The notes under the pieces were generated by a model, which was not told where the DNA came from, made no database searches, and saw only the letters and a program-made list of their open reading frames with translations. Below, in pieces: positions 1-9,743 of a stretch of 64,000 nt of DNA (position 1 is the stretch's first letter; every line of letters starts with the position of its first letter). A program made the position numbers and the translations under genes. Source of the stretch: Spartobacteria bacterium (lineage in GTDB: Bacteria; Verrucomicrobiota; Verrucomicrobiia; Chthoniobacterales; UBA10450); the NCBI GenBank assembly GCA_003134785.1, contig PLCN01000024.1, positions 69,216 through 133,215 of the forward strand, read 5' to 3'.

Positions 1-3000
1 GGACAAGATGCTTCAGGGTCAGTCCGCCCAGATGGTCTACTTTAACATGGGAAGCACGAACACTGCCTTCGGCGGACACCTTCCTGCGAATGTTGACGGC
101 CCGAATTTGCCTCCAGGGGGCACACCCAGCTACTTCGCGGAAATAGACAGCTCTGCGGATACTGGCTTGGGTAACAACCTGCGAATTTGGAAATTTCACG
201 TTGACTGGGCAACTCCAGCAAACTCGACCTTCGGGAATAATGGGCAACCCAATACCATTACGCAGGTCGACGATTTTGTGCGGCCTAGTTGCACGAACTA
301 CACCGCGGGTTGCGTCCCGCAGTTAGGCGATTCTTTCCAACTGGATCCGATCGGCGATCGCCTGATGGCCCGCGTGGTCTATCGGAGGTTTACCGATCAC
401 GAATCGCTTTTGCTTAATCATACCGTGGTGGCCGATAGCGTAACGGGGCAAATGGGCCCACGCTGGTACGAAGTGCGCGATCCCGGCGGCACGCCAACGA
501 TTTTCCAACAAAGCACGTTGGGACCAAGCAGCCAGACTGATGTCTATCGCTGGATGGGTAGCATCGCGATGGATGGCTCCGGCGATATAGCTATCGGTTA
601 CAGCACTTCCTCCAGCACCACCTTTCCTTCCATCGCCTATTCGGGACGGCTTGTAACCGATACCGGGAGTACGCTAGGACAAGGGGAAGCGCAGATGTTC
701 GCAGGCACCGGTCCGCAGCATGGCGAGGCATTTCCTCCGCAATTCGGCCGATGGGGCGATTACAGCGGGCTAACCGTGGATCCTGCCGATGACTGCACTT
801 TCTGGTACACGACCGAGTATTACGCATTGGCCGATGCTCCCACCGGGAATTGGCACACTCGTATCGGGAGTTTCAAGTTCCCAACATGTGTGGCCGCGAC
901 ACCTATCGCTACGCCGACGCCCACAGCTACACCTGTTTCTACTCCTGCGCCGACAGCTACAGCTACACCTACCCCAACGCCAACGTCTACGCCCTCGGGA
1001 ACTCCGAATCCATGTGGAATTCCGGTGATATATTCGAACACCGGCACCGTCACGATTAACGACAACGCTCCTGCATCACCTTATCCCTCGACCATCGATG
1101 CGACCGTCCAGCCTGGGACAGTGAGTAAGGTCACCGTGGATCTCGTCAGCATAACTCATAATTTTCCGGATGACATTGGCGTGTTGCTCGTCGGTCCTAC
1201 GGGCGTAAAAGTGCGCTTGATGACCGACGCTGGCGGAGGCGGCACAGGCTTTTCTCTAACTGGCGCTACAATGACGTTCGACGACGCTGCGACAACGCCG
1301 GTTCCTGATGAAGGTCCAATCGTTTCGGGAACATCCTACCAACCAACACAAGGCGTAATCAACACTCTCAGCAGCCCGCATCCGGCAGACTTTGCCGCAC
1401 CGGCGCCTGCCTCGCCCTACAGCAACGTGCTCTCGAGCTTTAACGGAACGGATCCCAACGGGACGTGGAAGTTGTTCGTCGACGACGATACGGCGGTTGA
1501 TGGAGGTGTGATCCAAAATGGCTGGTCCATGACCGTTACGACCGTTTGCACAGGGGCAACGCCTACACCTACCGCAACGCCAACAGCTACTCCAAGTGCT
1601 ACTGCAACCCCGACGCCAACACCAATTCCGGGGAGCATAACCTTCAGCCCTAACTACACGACACGTGCACCCTACATCGGCCAGGATGTCGAGCCAAGCG
1701 TTCGCTGCGATAAGTTTGGCAATTGCTACGTTGCTGCGATTCGCGGTGTCCCGGGGGGCACGGACCTTTGGTACTTCGATCTGCGACCCACAATTCCAGA
1801 TCCAGGCAGCCCTGGGAGTTCCATTGCCAATCCAATGTACGACCCGTACATGCGCAATCCGCAATATCGCGGTCAGCCAGACAAGATTGCACCAGTAGAT
1901 TGCACGCAGACCACACCGCCTGCCGCTTGTGACGGCACAGTGGGGGCTGATGGCGGGGGCGACGTGGACATCGCAGTCGGCTTCAATAGCGAGGCTACGG
2001 AAAATCCAAACGCGCCGCCAACCCTGGCCTATGCCAGCCTGGTCGTCGGAAACATCTCGACCCAGAGCTCGACTGATCGCGGCGCAACGTTTATCCAGAA
2101 TCCTGGCGGTAACGTAACTGGTGGCGTGCCCGGAGATGACCGGCAGTGGCTGGAATTTTTCGGTCCCAGTACGGTGTTCCTGTTTTACCGAACGCTGGAG
2201 CCGGCCATCTCGCAAGTTCAGCAGTCGATTGATGGCGGCCTTACTTACGGACCCGCAGCCACCGCCGGAGCCGTCGGTCAGGCAGGTGGAATTGCGGTCG
2301 ATCAGAACAATGGCAACGTCTATATTAGTGGGAGTAATGGCAGCGTCTCCGTAGGTATACCACCCGCCCCCGGCCTGGCGCCCTTGACTTATACCACAAC
2401 GCTTGTCGCGAGCGCGAACGATGCCCACCTCTTCTTCACGGTGAAGGTCGCGCCGGATAGCACCGTCTACGCCTGCTATTCAGATGACCACGATGTTTTT
2501 GTCAAATTTTCAACTGATTTCGGCAGCACCTGGAGCGCCGCTATTCAGATTAGCCATGGGGCGGAGACCAAGACCGCAGTCTTTCCGTGGATGACAACTA
2601 GTCCCGTGTCCGGGACTATTGGTGTGGTTTGGTACGGCAGCGATAAACTTACTACCACAGACGACTCCGCGGATTGGCATGTCTTTTACAATCTCGTGAC
2701 GACCGTTCAAGGCATTGCCGCTTTCCATCAGGCGATAGCAAGCGACCACGTGATTCATGCAGCTAACATCTCCGAGAATGGGTTAGTCGTCGCAGGTGTG
2801 TCGCCGAATCGTAACCTGGCGGATTACTTCCAGGTGGCTTTCGATCCGACCGGTGCCGCCGTCATCGGCTACTGCGACGATCACAACGACCTTAGCGGCC
2901 ATACCTATGTCACGCGCCAGATCAGCGGACCTAGCGCCCTGGGGTCAAACGTCCCGGCGCCGGTGGAAGGCGGTGGTTTGCTACCTCCCCCGAACGAACC

Positions 3001-4936
3001 TCTTCCGAGGGCGGTAGATGTTGGTGGTATTCCAGGGTCACAGGTCACCGACTTCAGGGATGATGTGCGGCTTGGCGGTAATCCCGAACTGGGGGGAACC
3101 GCCGTCCTCGCGGGGGATGATCCGCTCGACATTCTATCTATTTTGTATTCGGCGGAGCCCGTGCCTTTTTCTCTCAACAACGAACGGATGCTTGTCGCTA
3201 CCATGAAGGTTTCGGACATGACGGCTATTCCTCCGAGTTCGAACTGGCGAGCGACCTTTACCGCCAACGCGCCGGATTCCGTTCTTAGTCCGACCAACGA
3301 ATACACTTTTGGCGTTTCTGACCGGGGAGATGGGTTCTTTGTTCGAGCAACGACCGACGCTTCCGGTACCCAAACCTTCATGTACGGGACGGCGAAGAGA
3401 AACTTTAGCGGCGGTATCGACTACGTGGATGTCGGGACGGCGGATTGTGGATTCTTCGACCAAAGCGCAAAAACAATCACGATGAAAGTGACGCTTAGTA
3501 AACTCAACGCGGCCCTACCGTCTGGTCATCCCCCGATTGATGTCGGTTCGGTCCTGGTGGGTCTGCGCGGAAGCACCTTCACCACGGCGGGCTCTGGGGC
3601 GAGCGGCAACAACAAAGCGGACACAGCTCGTGGCGGAACGCAATACACCGTCACGGTTGGCCCATCGACTCCATGCGGACCAGGGCCGACACCAACGCCA
3701 ACGCCTACCCCAACAACCACACCGACGGCGACACCAACTCCGACCGCAACGCCGACTCCGACAGCTACGGCGACTGCGACACCTACGGTCACCCCGACAG
3801 CTACACCAACGGTGACTCCGACGGCTACACCGACAGCCACACCTACGGCCACTCCGACAGTTGCGCCTACAGCTACGCCTACCCCCACGCCAACAGTGGC
3901 GCCCACGGCTACACCTACCGCCACTCCGACCGTTGCGCCCACGGCTACGCCTACCGCCACGCCAACAGTGGCGCCCACGGCTACTCCAACGGTGGCACCA
4001 ACAGCTACTCCAACGGTGGCTCCCACGGCAACGCCGATAGCAACTCCAACACCCACGGCTGCGCCAACCGCCACACCTACGGCTAGCCCGACAGCCACGC
4101 CGGCTGCTACCGCTAGCCCGACGCCGACTGCTAGCCCAACGCCGACAGCTACTCCCACCCCGGCGCAGTTACTGAATATCTCGACCAGAGCGCGAGTTCA
4201 GACCGGCGATAACATCCTCATCGGTGGCTTCATCATCACCGGAGCCGAGTCGAAGAAAGTAATCGTCTTGGCGAAGGGTCCCTCGGTGCCGGTCCCGGGA
4301 AACCTGGCCGATCCTATCCTGGAGCTGCATGATGGCAACGGCGTTCTCATGACCACGAATGACAATTGGAAAGACTCACCGCAAAGGACGGAGATAGAGA
4401 ATAGTGGCTTCGCGCCGTCCAATGACAAGGAATCCGCCATCCTGCAAACACTTTCTCCGGGCAACTACACCGCGACCGTGCGCGGGGTCGGTAACACTAC
4501 GGGCGTTGCTTTGGTGGAGGTATACGATCTGGCCACGACCTCGAACTCCCAGCTGGCTAACATCAGTTCGCGCTGCTTTATCGACACGGCGGACAACGTG
4601 CTCATCGGCGGCTTTATTACCGGCCCGGGTGACAGAGGCGAGACCGCGATCGTGGTCCGCGCGCTAGGTCCGAGCCTGAGCGGCTTCGGAGTGCCGAACG
4701 CTCTGGCTGATCCCACCCTGGAGTTGCACGATCAGAACGGCGCAACGTTCGCGAGCAATGACGATTGGCAGACCGATGCGAACGCGAGCCAGGTGCAAGC
4801 CGCTGGTCTGGCACCTAACGACACGCATGAAAGCGCCATCTATTTCAAGCAAGCGCCATCCAACTTCACCGCGATCGTCCGCGGCAAGAACAACGCCACC
4901 GGAGTCGGCTTGGTGGAGGTCTATAACGTCAAGTAG
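1..4936 (+). CDS. Giant secreted multidomain protein, 5'-partial: sialidase-fold BNR/Asp-box propeller modules, proprotein-convertase P-domain-like module, Thr/Pro linkers, twin C-terminal ~125-aa module
   Basis: ORF 8..4936. The frame stays open to the window edge (GAC AAG precedes the first ATG) and there is no signal peptide, so the true start is probably upstream. Asp-box-like motifs are [18 protein letters not shown] and [10 protein letters not shown] propeller end reads [20 protein letters not shown]. The last ~330 aa are identical to the next gene. Confidence 0.85.
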   Translation, partial: DKMLQGQSAQMVYFNMGSTNTAFGGHLPANVDGPNLPPGGTPSYFAEIDSSADTGLGNNLRIWKFHVDWATPANSTFGNNGQPNTITQVDDFVRPSCTNYTAGCVPQLGDSFQLDPIGDRLMARVVYRRFTDHESLLLNHTVVADSVTGQMGPRWYEVRDPGGTPTIFQQSTLGPSSQTDVYRWMGSIAMDGSGDIAIGYSTSSSTTFPSIAYSGRLVTDTGSTLGQGEAQMFAGTGPQHGEAFPPQFGRWGDYSGLTVDPADDCTFWYTTEYYALADAPTGNWHTRIGSFKFPTCVAATPIATPTPTATPVSTPAPTATATPTPTPTSTPSGTPNPCGIPVIYSNTGTVTINDNAPASPYPSTIDATVQPGTVSKVTVDLVSITHNFPDDIGVLLVGPTGVKVRLMTDAGGGGTGFSLTGATMTFDDAATTPVPDEGPIVSGTSYQPTQGVINTLSSPHPADFAAPAPASPYSNVLSSFNGTDPNGTWKLFVDDDTAVDGGVIQNGWSMTVTTVCTGATPTPTATPTATPSATATPTPTPIPGSITFSPNYTTRAPYIGQDVEPSVRCDKFGNCYVAAIRGVPGGTDLWYFDLRPTIPDPGSPGSSIANPMYDPYMRNPQYRGQPDKIAPVDCTQTTPPAACDGTVGADGGGDVDIAVGFNSEATENPNAPPTLAYASLVVGNISTQSSTDRGATFIQNPGGNVTGGVPGDDRQWLEFFGPSTVFLFYRTLEPAISQVQQSIDGGLTYGPAATAGAVGQAGGIAVDQNNGNVYISGSNGSVSVGIPPAPGLAPLTYTTTLVASANDAHLFFTVKVAPDSTVYACYSDDHDVFVKFSTDFGSTWSAAIQISHGAETKTAVFPWMTTSPVSGTIGVVWYGSDKLTTTDDSADWHVFYNLVTTVQGIAAFHQAIASDHVIHAANISENGLVVAGVSPNRNLADYFQVAFDPTGAAVIGYCDDHNDLSGHTYVTRQISGPSALGSNVPAPVEGGGLLPPPNEPLPRAVDVGGIPGSQVTDFRDDVRLGGNPELGGTAVLAGDDPLDILSILYSAEPVPFSLNNERMLVATMKVSDMTAIPPSSNWRATFTANAPDSVLSPTNEYTFGVSDRGDGFFVRATTDASGTQTFMYGTAKRNFSGGIDYVDVGTADCGFFDQSAKTITMKVTLSKLNAALPSGHPPIDVGSVLVGLRGSTFTTAGSGASGNNKADTARGGTQYTVTVGPSTPCGPGPTPTPTPTPTTTPTATPTPTATPTPTATATATPTVTPTATPTVTPTATPTATPTATPTVAPTATPTPTPTVAPTATPTATPTVAPTATPTATPTVAPTATPTVAPTATPTVAPTATPIATPTPTAAPTATPTASPTATPAATASPTPTASPTPTATPTPAQLLNISTRARVQTGDNILIGGFIITGAESKKVIVLAKGPSVPVPGNLADPILELHDGNGVLMTTNDNWKDSPQRTEIENSGFAPSNDKESAILQTLSPGNYTATVRGVGNTTGVALVEVYDLATTSNSQLANISSRCFIDTADNVLIGGFITGPGDRGETAIVVRALGPSLSGFGVPNALADPTLELHDQNGATFASNDDWQTDANASQVQAAGLAPNDTHESAIYFKQAPSNFTAIVRGKNNATGVGLVEVYNVK
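3685..4163 (+). repeat. Low-complexity (ACN CCN)n region encoding a ~160-aa Thr/Pro/Ala linker
   Basis: The translation is [22 protein letters not shown]...TATPTPA. The antisense frame gives a spurious GVGVAVG ORF (3526..4158). Confidence 0.9.
3940..4936 (+). repeat. ~1-kb dispersed direct repeat, copy 1 (3' end of gene 1), near-identical to 8640..9639
   Basis: Fixed offset of 4703 nt to copy 2. The encoded proteins are identical from ..[27 protein letters not shown].. to the stop. The left boundary fades into the Thr/Pro linker and is approximate. Confidence 0.85.
4164..4933 (+). other. Twin C-terminal ~125-aa module (copies 1 and 2) of the first giant protein
   Basis: [65 protein letters not shown], followed by [64 protein letters not shown] and the stop. 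Confidence 0.8.
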
Positions 4937-5028
4937 AAACTAACAGTGACCGTGAAAATGAACCTTAACGAACCAAGATTCGTCCGTCAGATCCGTACCC
5001 GCGTCGCCTAAAAAGAAGAGCCATCCTT

Positions 5029-8000
5029 ATGCAAAAGAAATCCAACTCCGAATCCGCGCTTTTCCAACCACGCGTCTTAAGTGCGCTTTTACTTTGTTTT
5101 GCCGGGTTGCTCCTGGCGATGTTCAGCTTCGCGAAGCCGGCTCCGCAGACTGGCGTTGCCCAGGTGTCAGCGAAACAAAGCAACGCGCCGACCCCAGCTG
5201 GTGACACCCTCAGCCCGACCAGCGGACCGCTGACGTTCACGGATAGCACACCGTTGGTCCCAAATCCGACCGGCGAAGGAGTAGGCTTCAGCGCGCCAAC
5301 ATGCGCGGCGAACACCTGCAGCACTTATACCCTCACGCTCGATCCTGCTCTTTTCTTGGTTGCCGGCAGTTACGATCCGGCGCAAAACAACATTGTTATT
5401 CAAATTTCGTGGCCAGTTGCCACGACGCAGTATGGATCGTTCGTGGAGGACGCGAGCGGAAACGTGATTGCGTCGAACACGGCGGGCATCGATCCGGAAA
5501 CAATTACCATTCCGATCACGACCCTGAATCTGCAGGCCAATGGCCCATATACCATTGTCACAACAGTGGAAATCGGCACCGGTCCTTCTATAACTGGAGT
5601 GATCACGCTTGTGCCGCTTTCCGGCCCAGGAACCGTGTGCAGCGGCTGCATTCCCCCGCGCTATCAGATGTACGAAGCGCCTGCCGGCGTTTCCACTCAA
5701 TCAGGCGAACCTTCCATCGGTGTGGATTGGAATCCAAATGTTAGCAGCCTGAAACAAATCGGCCCGGGGACACTAGCGCATGGCCCGACCCTCCTTAACA
5801 CCGGCGGCATAACAATGTTTACAGCTACTTTCGATCAGTATCAGGTGGCGTTCGATGATTGCTCTTCGCCCGCGGTCAACACTTGGACGGATACTGCTTT
5901 CATCGTCCAGCAGACTACTACCCTGGATGCGATCGGATTTACCGATCACTTCACCAGTCTCCCGCTTGGCACCGGTCCTTATAGTCCCGGCAATCCGACG
6001 ACTCCAGGCCGGACCTTCCATGGCCAGCTCACCGCCGGTGATAGTAACACGTCTTACACGGATGATGATGGCGGCAGTCACACCCAGACCCAAGGTGGGG
6101 GCGTGCCCCAAGGTCCCGATCACGAAACGATCGGCGGCGGTCCTTATAATCCTAACTCGACACCGGCTCCACCTCCCAACCTGATTTACCAAAACGCGAT
6201 TTATTATTGCACTCAGAATATCGCGCCGGAAGCGGAGTGCTCCCGCAGTGATGACGGCGGCCTAACGTTTGGTCCGGGCGTTCCTATTTATACTCCGACC
6301 CAATGCACTGGGTCGATTCATGGACACGTGAAGGTGGCGCGCGACGGTACCGTTTACGTGCCGAATTATTCCTGCACTTTGTCAGGCGCAACTCAGGGTG
6401 TCGCTGTTTCGACCGATAACGGCATAACCTGGAACGAGCGCAACGTGCCGGGAAGCGGCAGTCCAAAGCCAGGCCTGGTCGATCCATCGGTAGGAATTGG
6501 TCTCAATGATGTGGGTAACACTAATCCTCCGGGTGGCGCAAATGCCATCTACTTTGGCTACATCGAGAACGATGGCACGCCGAAGATCGCCGTGTCGCAT
6601 GATCGCGGACTCACTTGGTCTACCGCGCAAAATGTGGGAGCTGCCTTTGGGATCGTGAACTCCACTTTCCCGGTGGTGGTGGCGGGAGACGACAACCGCG
6701 CCGCTTTCGGTTTTCTTGGGACTACCACTCCCGGCGATTCATCGTTGAACGCGAACTTCCCCGGAATTTGGCACCTCTACATTGCCACGACGTACGATGC
6801 CGGTGTCTCCTGGGTGACCCTCGACGCCACTCCCGACGACCCCATCCAGGTAGGTCCCGTCTGTAACGGTGGCACGACCTGTCCAACGAAACGAAACCTC
6901 TTGGACTTTAACGGCTTCGATGTGGATAACGAAGGTCGCGCAATACTCGGCCTTTCGGATGGCTGCGTTAATTGCACCAATAGCTCCACTTCGGGCGACT
7001 CCAACGCAGCCCAGGGATTAATCGCACGGCAAGCGGGCGGTCCCAGATTGTTTTCCTTCTTTGATCCTCCCGCGCACGCGGTCCCCGCGGCGCCGCAAGT
7101 TCTCTCAGCCGTGTCTCAACCAACCGGTGTCCTCGTTTCCTGGCTAGAACCCGACAATGGCGGAGATCCTATTACCGCCTACAAGATTTACCAGAGTTCT
7201 ACCAGCGGAAGCGAGACTCTAATCGCAACGGTCAGCAACGATCCGCTGAACAAACACACCAAGTACCTCGATCCGTCAGGGCTCAACACGTCAAACTCCT
7301 TTTATCATGTGACGGCTGTGAACACGAATGGTGAATCGGCCTTCTGCCAGGAGGTCAGCGTCGTTACCGTGGTTGGCACTGGTGACGCGTGCACCTACCC
7401 ATATCTCGGTGTCGCTCCGGCTGGCCACGCCGGCACCGTCCCGGCCGATCCAACGAACGGAGAACTGACCATTCAGTACGTCAATATGGGTGAGCCATTT
7501 ACCAACTGCACGGACAACTCCATCACGTTCCTCATGAAGGTTCAGACGTTAGATCCGGCGGGAACCGGAACCGCCGCTCCGCCACCAAATAGCGAGTATC
7601 AGATTCTTTTCGGGATCATCGATACTCTTGGGAATCCGCAAACGATCTTCGTGGATATGGATACGAATGGCGCGGTGCCAACACCGGAATTCAGCTACGG
7701 GAGACGTGACCCCAGCTCGACCGGCGGGACACTCGACACCACAGTGTGCACGGCCAGCACGACATCGACTTGCCCGGCGATATCGGGAAGCGTTAGTGCG
7801 GACGGAACAATCATCATTAAACTGGATGTTTCAGCTCCGCTCAATTTCCCAGCCCCGACCGCTGGGGCGACAGGTGTCACCTTTGACTGGGACGCCAGCG
7901 CACCTGGCAAAAAGCTGCTGAGTATAACTGGTAATACTATTACTCTAATCGGCGGCGCCGGGACCGGTTTGCTAGAAACTGTCCAGACAACCAGCGGCGG

Positions 8001-9639
8001 CGCCTACACCAGAGTCGGTAACATTTCCTGCGCCGGCCTGATTCCGGTGGCGGAACTCTCCGCTACTCCGAGTGCGGGTCCGTCACCGCTGTTGGTGAAT
8101 TTTGACACTTCGGCTTCGCACGAACCCGCTGGCGCGTGCGGCACGATCAACTCCTACACGCTGGACTTTGGTGATGGGAGCGCGTTCGAGACCAATGCGA
8201 CCGGCGTTTTTTCGCACACCTACACTGCTGACGGCAGCTACCCGGCGCGGCTGACTGTTTCAGATTCGGTTGGTCAGGCAAGCACTAACCAAGCTCAAGC
8301 TGTTATCACCGTGGGAACAGTACCGACACCGACTCCAACACCTACGCCAGGGGCTACAGCGACTCCAACGGCAACACCCACAGCCGCTCCAACAGCCACG
8401 CCAACAGTTGCGCCTACGGCCACACCTACGGCCACGCCAACAGTTGCGCCTACAGCCACACCTACTCCAACACCTACGCCGGGGGCCACAGCGACTCCAA
8501 CGGCAACACCTACAGCCGCTCCGACAGCTACACCAACGGTGACTCCGACGGCTACACCGACAGTTGCGCCAACGGCCACACCTACGGCCACTCCGACAGT
8601 TGCGCCAACGGCTACACCTACCGCCACCCCAACAGTTGCGCCAACGGCTACGCCGACCGCCACGCCAACAGTGGCGCCGACGGCTACTCCAACGGTGGCA
8701 CCAACAGCTACTCCAACGGTGGCTCCCACGGCAACGCCGATAGCAACTCCAACACCCACGGCTGCGCCAACCGCCACACCTACGGCTAGCCCGACGGCCA
8801 CGCCGGCTGCTACCGCTAGCCCAACGCCGACTGCTAGCCCAACGCCAACAGCTACTCCCACCCCGGCGCAGTTACTGAATATCTCGACCAGGGCGCGGGT
8901 TCAGACTGGCGATAACATCCTCATCGGTGGTTTCATCATCACGGGAGCCGAGTCGAAGAAGGTAATCGTGCTGGCGAAGGGTCCCTCGGTGCCCGTTCCG
9001 GGAAACCTGGCCGATCCTATCCTTGAGTTACATGACGGCAACGGCGTTCTCATGACTACGAATGACAATTGGAAAGACTCGCCGCAAAGGACGGAGATAG
9101 AGAACAGCGGCTTCGCGCCGTCCAACGACAAGGAGTCCGCCATCCTGCAGACACTTTCTCCCGGCAACTACACCGCGACGGTGCGCGGGGTCGGTAACAC
9201 TACCGGCGTTGCTTTGGTGGAGGTATACGATCTGGCCACGACCTCGAACTCCCAGCTGGCTAACATCAGTTCACGCTGCTTTATCGACACGGCGGACAAC
9301 GTGCTCATCGGCGGCTTCATTACCGGCCCGGGTGACAGAGGCGAGACCGCGATCGTGGTCCGCGCGCTAGGTCCGAGCCTGAGCGGCTTCGGAGTGCCGA
9401 ACGCTCTGGCTGATCCAACCCTGGAGTTGCACGATCAGAACGGCGCAACGTTCGCGAGCAATGACGATTGGCAGACCGATGCGAACGCGAGCCAGGTGCA
9501 AGCCGCTGGCCTGGCGCCTAACGACACGCACGAAAGCGCCATCTATTTCAAGCAAGCGCCATCCAACTTCACCGCGATCGTCCGTGGCAAGAACAACGCC
9601 ACCGGAGTCGGCTTGGTGGAAGTCTATAATGTTAAGTAA
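5029..9639 (+). CDS. Giant secreted protein: signal peptide, PPC-like N-domain, BNR/Asp-box propeller, FN3, unnamed beta-sandwich, PKD, ~180-aa Thr/Pro linker, twin C-terminal module
   Basis: ATG followed by a hydrophobic signal ([19 protein letters not shown]). Asp-boxes [39 protein letters not shown]3-like [24 protein letters not shown]-like [36 protein letters not shown]. Confidence 0.9.
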   Translation: MQKKSNSESALFQPRVLSALLLCFAGLLLAMFSFAKPAPQTGVAQVSAKQSNAPTPAGDTLSPTSGPLTFTDSTPLVPNPTGEGVGFSAPTCAANTCSTYTLTLDPALFLVAGSYDPAQNNIVIQISWPVATTQYGSFVEDASGNVIASNTAGIDPETITIPITTLNLQANGPYTIVTTVEIGTGPSITGVITLVPLSGPGTVCSGCIPPRYQMYEAPAGVSTQSGEPSIGVDWNPNVSSLKQIGPGTLAHGPTLLNTGGITMFTATFDQYQVAFDDCSSPAVNTWTDTAFIVQQTTTLDAIGFTDHFTSLPLGTGPYSPGNPTTPGRTFHGQLTAGDSNTSYTDDDGGSHTQTQGGGVPQGPDHETIGGGPYNPNSTPAPPPNLIYQNAIYYCTQNIAPEAECSRSDDGGLTFGPGVPIYTPTQCTGSIHGHVKVARDGTVYVPNYSCTLSGATQGVAVSTDNGITWNERNVPGSGSPKPGLVDPSVGIGLNDVGNTNPPGGANAIYFGYIENDGTPKIAVSHDRGLTWSTAQNVGAAFGIVNSTFPVVVAGDDNRAAFGFLGTTTPGDSSLNANFPGIWHLYIATTYDAGVSWVTLDATPDDPIQVGPVCNGGTTCPTKRNLLDFNGFDVDNEGRAILGLSDGCVNCTNSSTSGDSNAAQGLIARQAGGPRLFSFFDPPAHAVPAAPQVLSAVSQPTGVLVSWLEPDNGGDPITAYKIYQSSTSGSETLIATVSNDPLNKHTKYLDPSGLNTSNSFYHVTAVNTNGESAFCQEVSVVTVVGTGDACTYPYLGVAPAGHAGTVPADPTNGELTIQYVNMGEPFTNCTDNSITFLMKVQTLDPAGTGTAAPPPNSEYQILFGIIDTLGNPQTIFVDMDTNGAVPTPEFSYGRRDPSSTGGTLDTTVCTASTTSTCPAISGSVSADGTIIIKLDVSAPLNFPAPTAGATGVTFDWDASAPGKKLLSITGNTITLIGGAGTGLLETVQTTSGGAYTRVGNISCAGLIPVAELSATPSAGPSPLLVNFDTSASHEPAGACGTINSYTLDFGDGSAFETNATGVFSHTYTADGSYPARLTVSDSVGQASTNQAQAVITVGTVPTPTPTPTPGATATPTATPTAAPTATPTVAPTATPTATPTVAPTATPTPTPTPGATATPTATPTAAPTATPTVTPTATPTVAPTATPTATPTVAPTATPTATPTVAPTATPTATPTVAPTATPTVAPTATPTVAPTATPIATPTPTAAPTATPTASPTATPAATASPTPTASPTPTATPTPAQLLNISTRARVQTGDNILIGGFIITGAESKKVIVLAKGPSVPVPGNLADPILELHDGNGVLMTTNDNWKDSPQRTEIENSGFAPSNDKESAILQTLSPGNYTATVRGVGNTTGVALVEVYDLATTSNSQLANISSRCFIDTADNVLIGGFITGPGDRGETAIVVRALGPSLSGFGVPNALADPTLELHDQNGATFASNDDWQTDANASQVQAAGLAPNDTHESAIYFKQAPSNFTAIVRGKNNATGVGLVEVYNVK
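8321..8866 (+). repeat. Low-complexity region encoding a ~180-aa Thr/Pro/Ala linker with an internal ~130-bp tandem duplication
   Basis: [29 protein letters not shown].. occurs twice (about 8325-8455 and 8456-8585). The antisense ORF 8295..8861 is spurious. Confidence 0.9.
8640..9639 (+). repeat. ~1-kb dispersed direct repeat, copy 2 (3' end of gene 2)
   Basis: See 3940..4936. About 35 nucleotide differences over the last ~800 nt, counted by eye, all synonymous. Confidence 0.85.
8867..9636 (+). other. Twin C-terminal module of the second giant protein (protein-identical to 4164..4933)
   Basis: The amino-acid sequence is identical to 4164..4933 in the ORF track. Confidence 0.8.
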
Positions 9640-9743
9640 CAGCAGTAATCGTACGACCCGCGCTGCGACCAAGAATAGAAGTCCTATCACGCTATGAAAC
9701 AACAGTCTTCTGCCATAACAGCTCTATTAATCGAAAATCGTAT

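Noticed and set aside
3526-4158. Minus-strand ORFs encoding GVGVAVGV repeats (3526..4158, 8295..8861, 12794..13024, 820..1065, 1417..1638)
   Set aside because: They are the exact antisense of the Thr/Pro linker coding repeats of the giant plus-strand genes. They are pure low complexity and overlap well-supported CDSs.
3685-4163. Periodic short repeats in the linker regions as a possible CRISPR array or VNTR
   Set aside because: The 6-12-nt ACN-CCN periodicity lies in frame inside long ORFs, and there is no repeat-spacer structure of 25-40 nt units. I saw no CRISPR array or cas genes anywhere in the window.
6771-6790. TGGCAC-containing sigma54-like strings inside coding regions (for example 6771 and 11343, both in VWHLYIA codons)
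   Set aside because: They lie within conserved protein-coding sequence of the paralogous giants ([12 protein letters not shown] / GVWHLYIAHTFD). Their spacing to any TTGC is wrong. They are explained by codon conservation.
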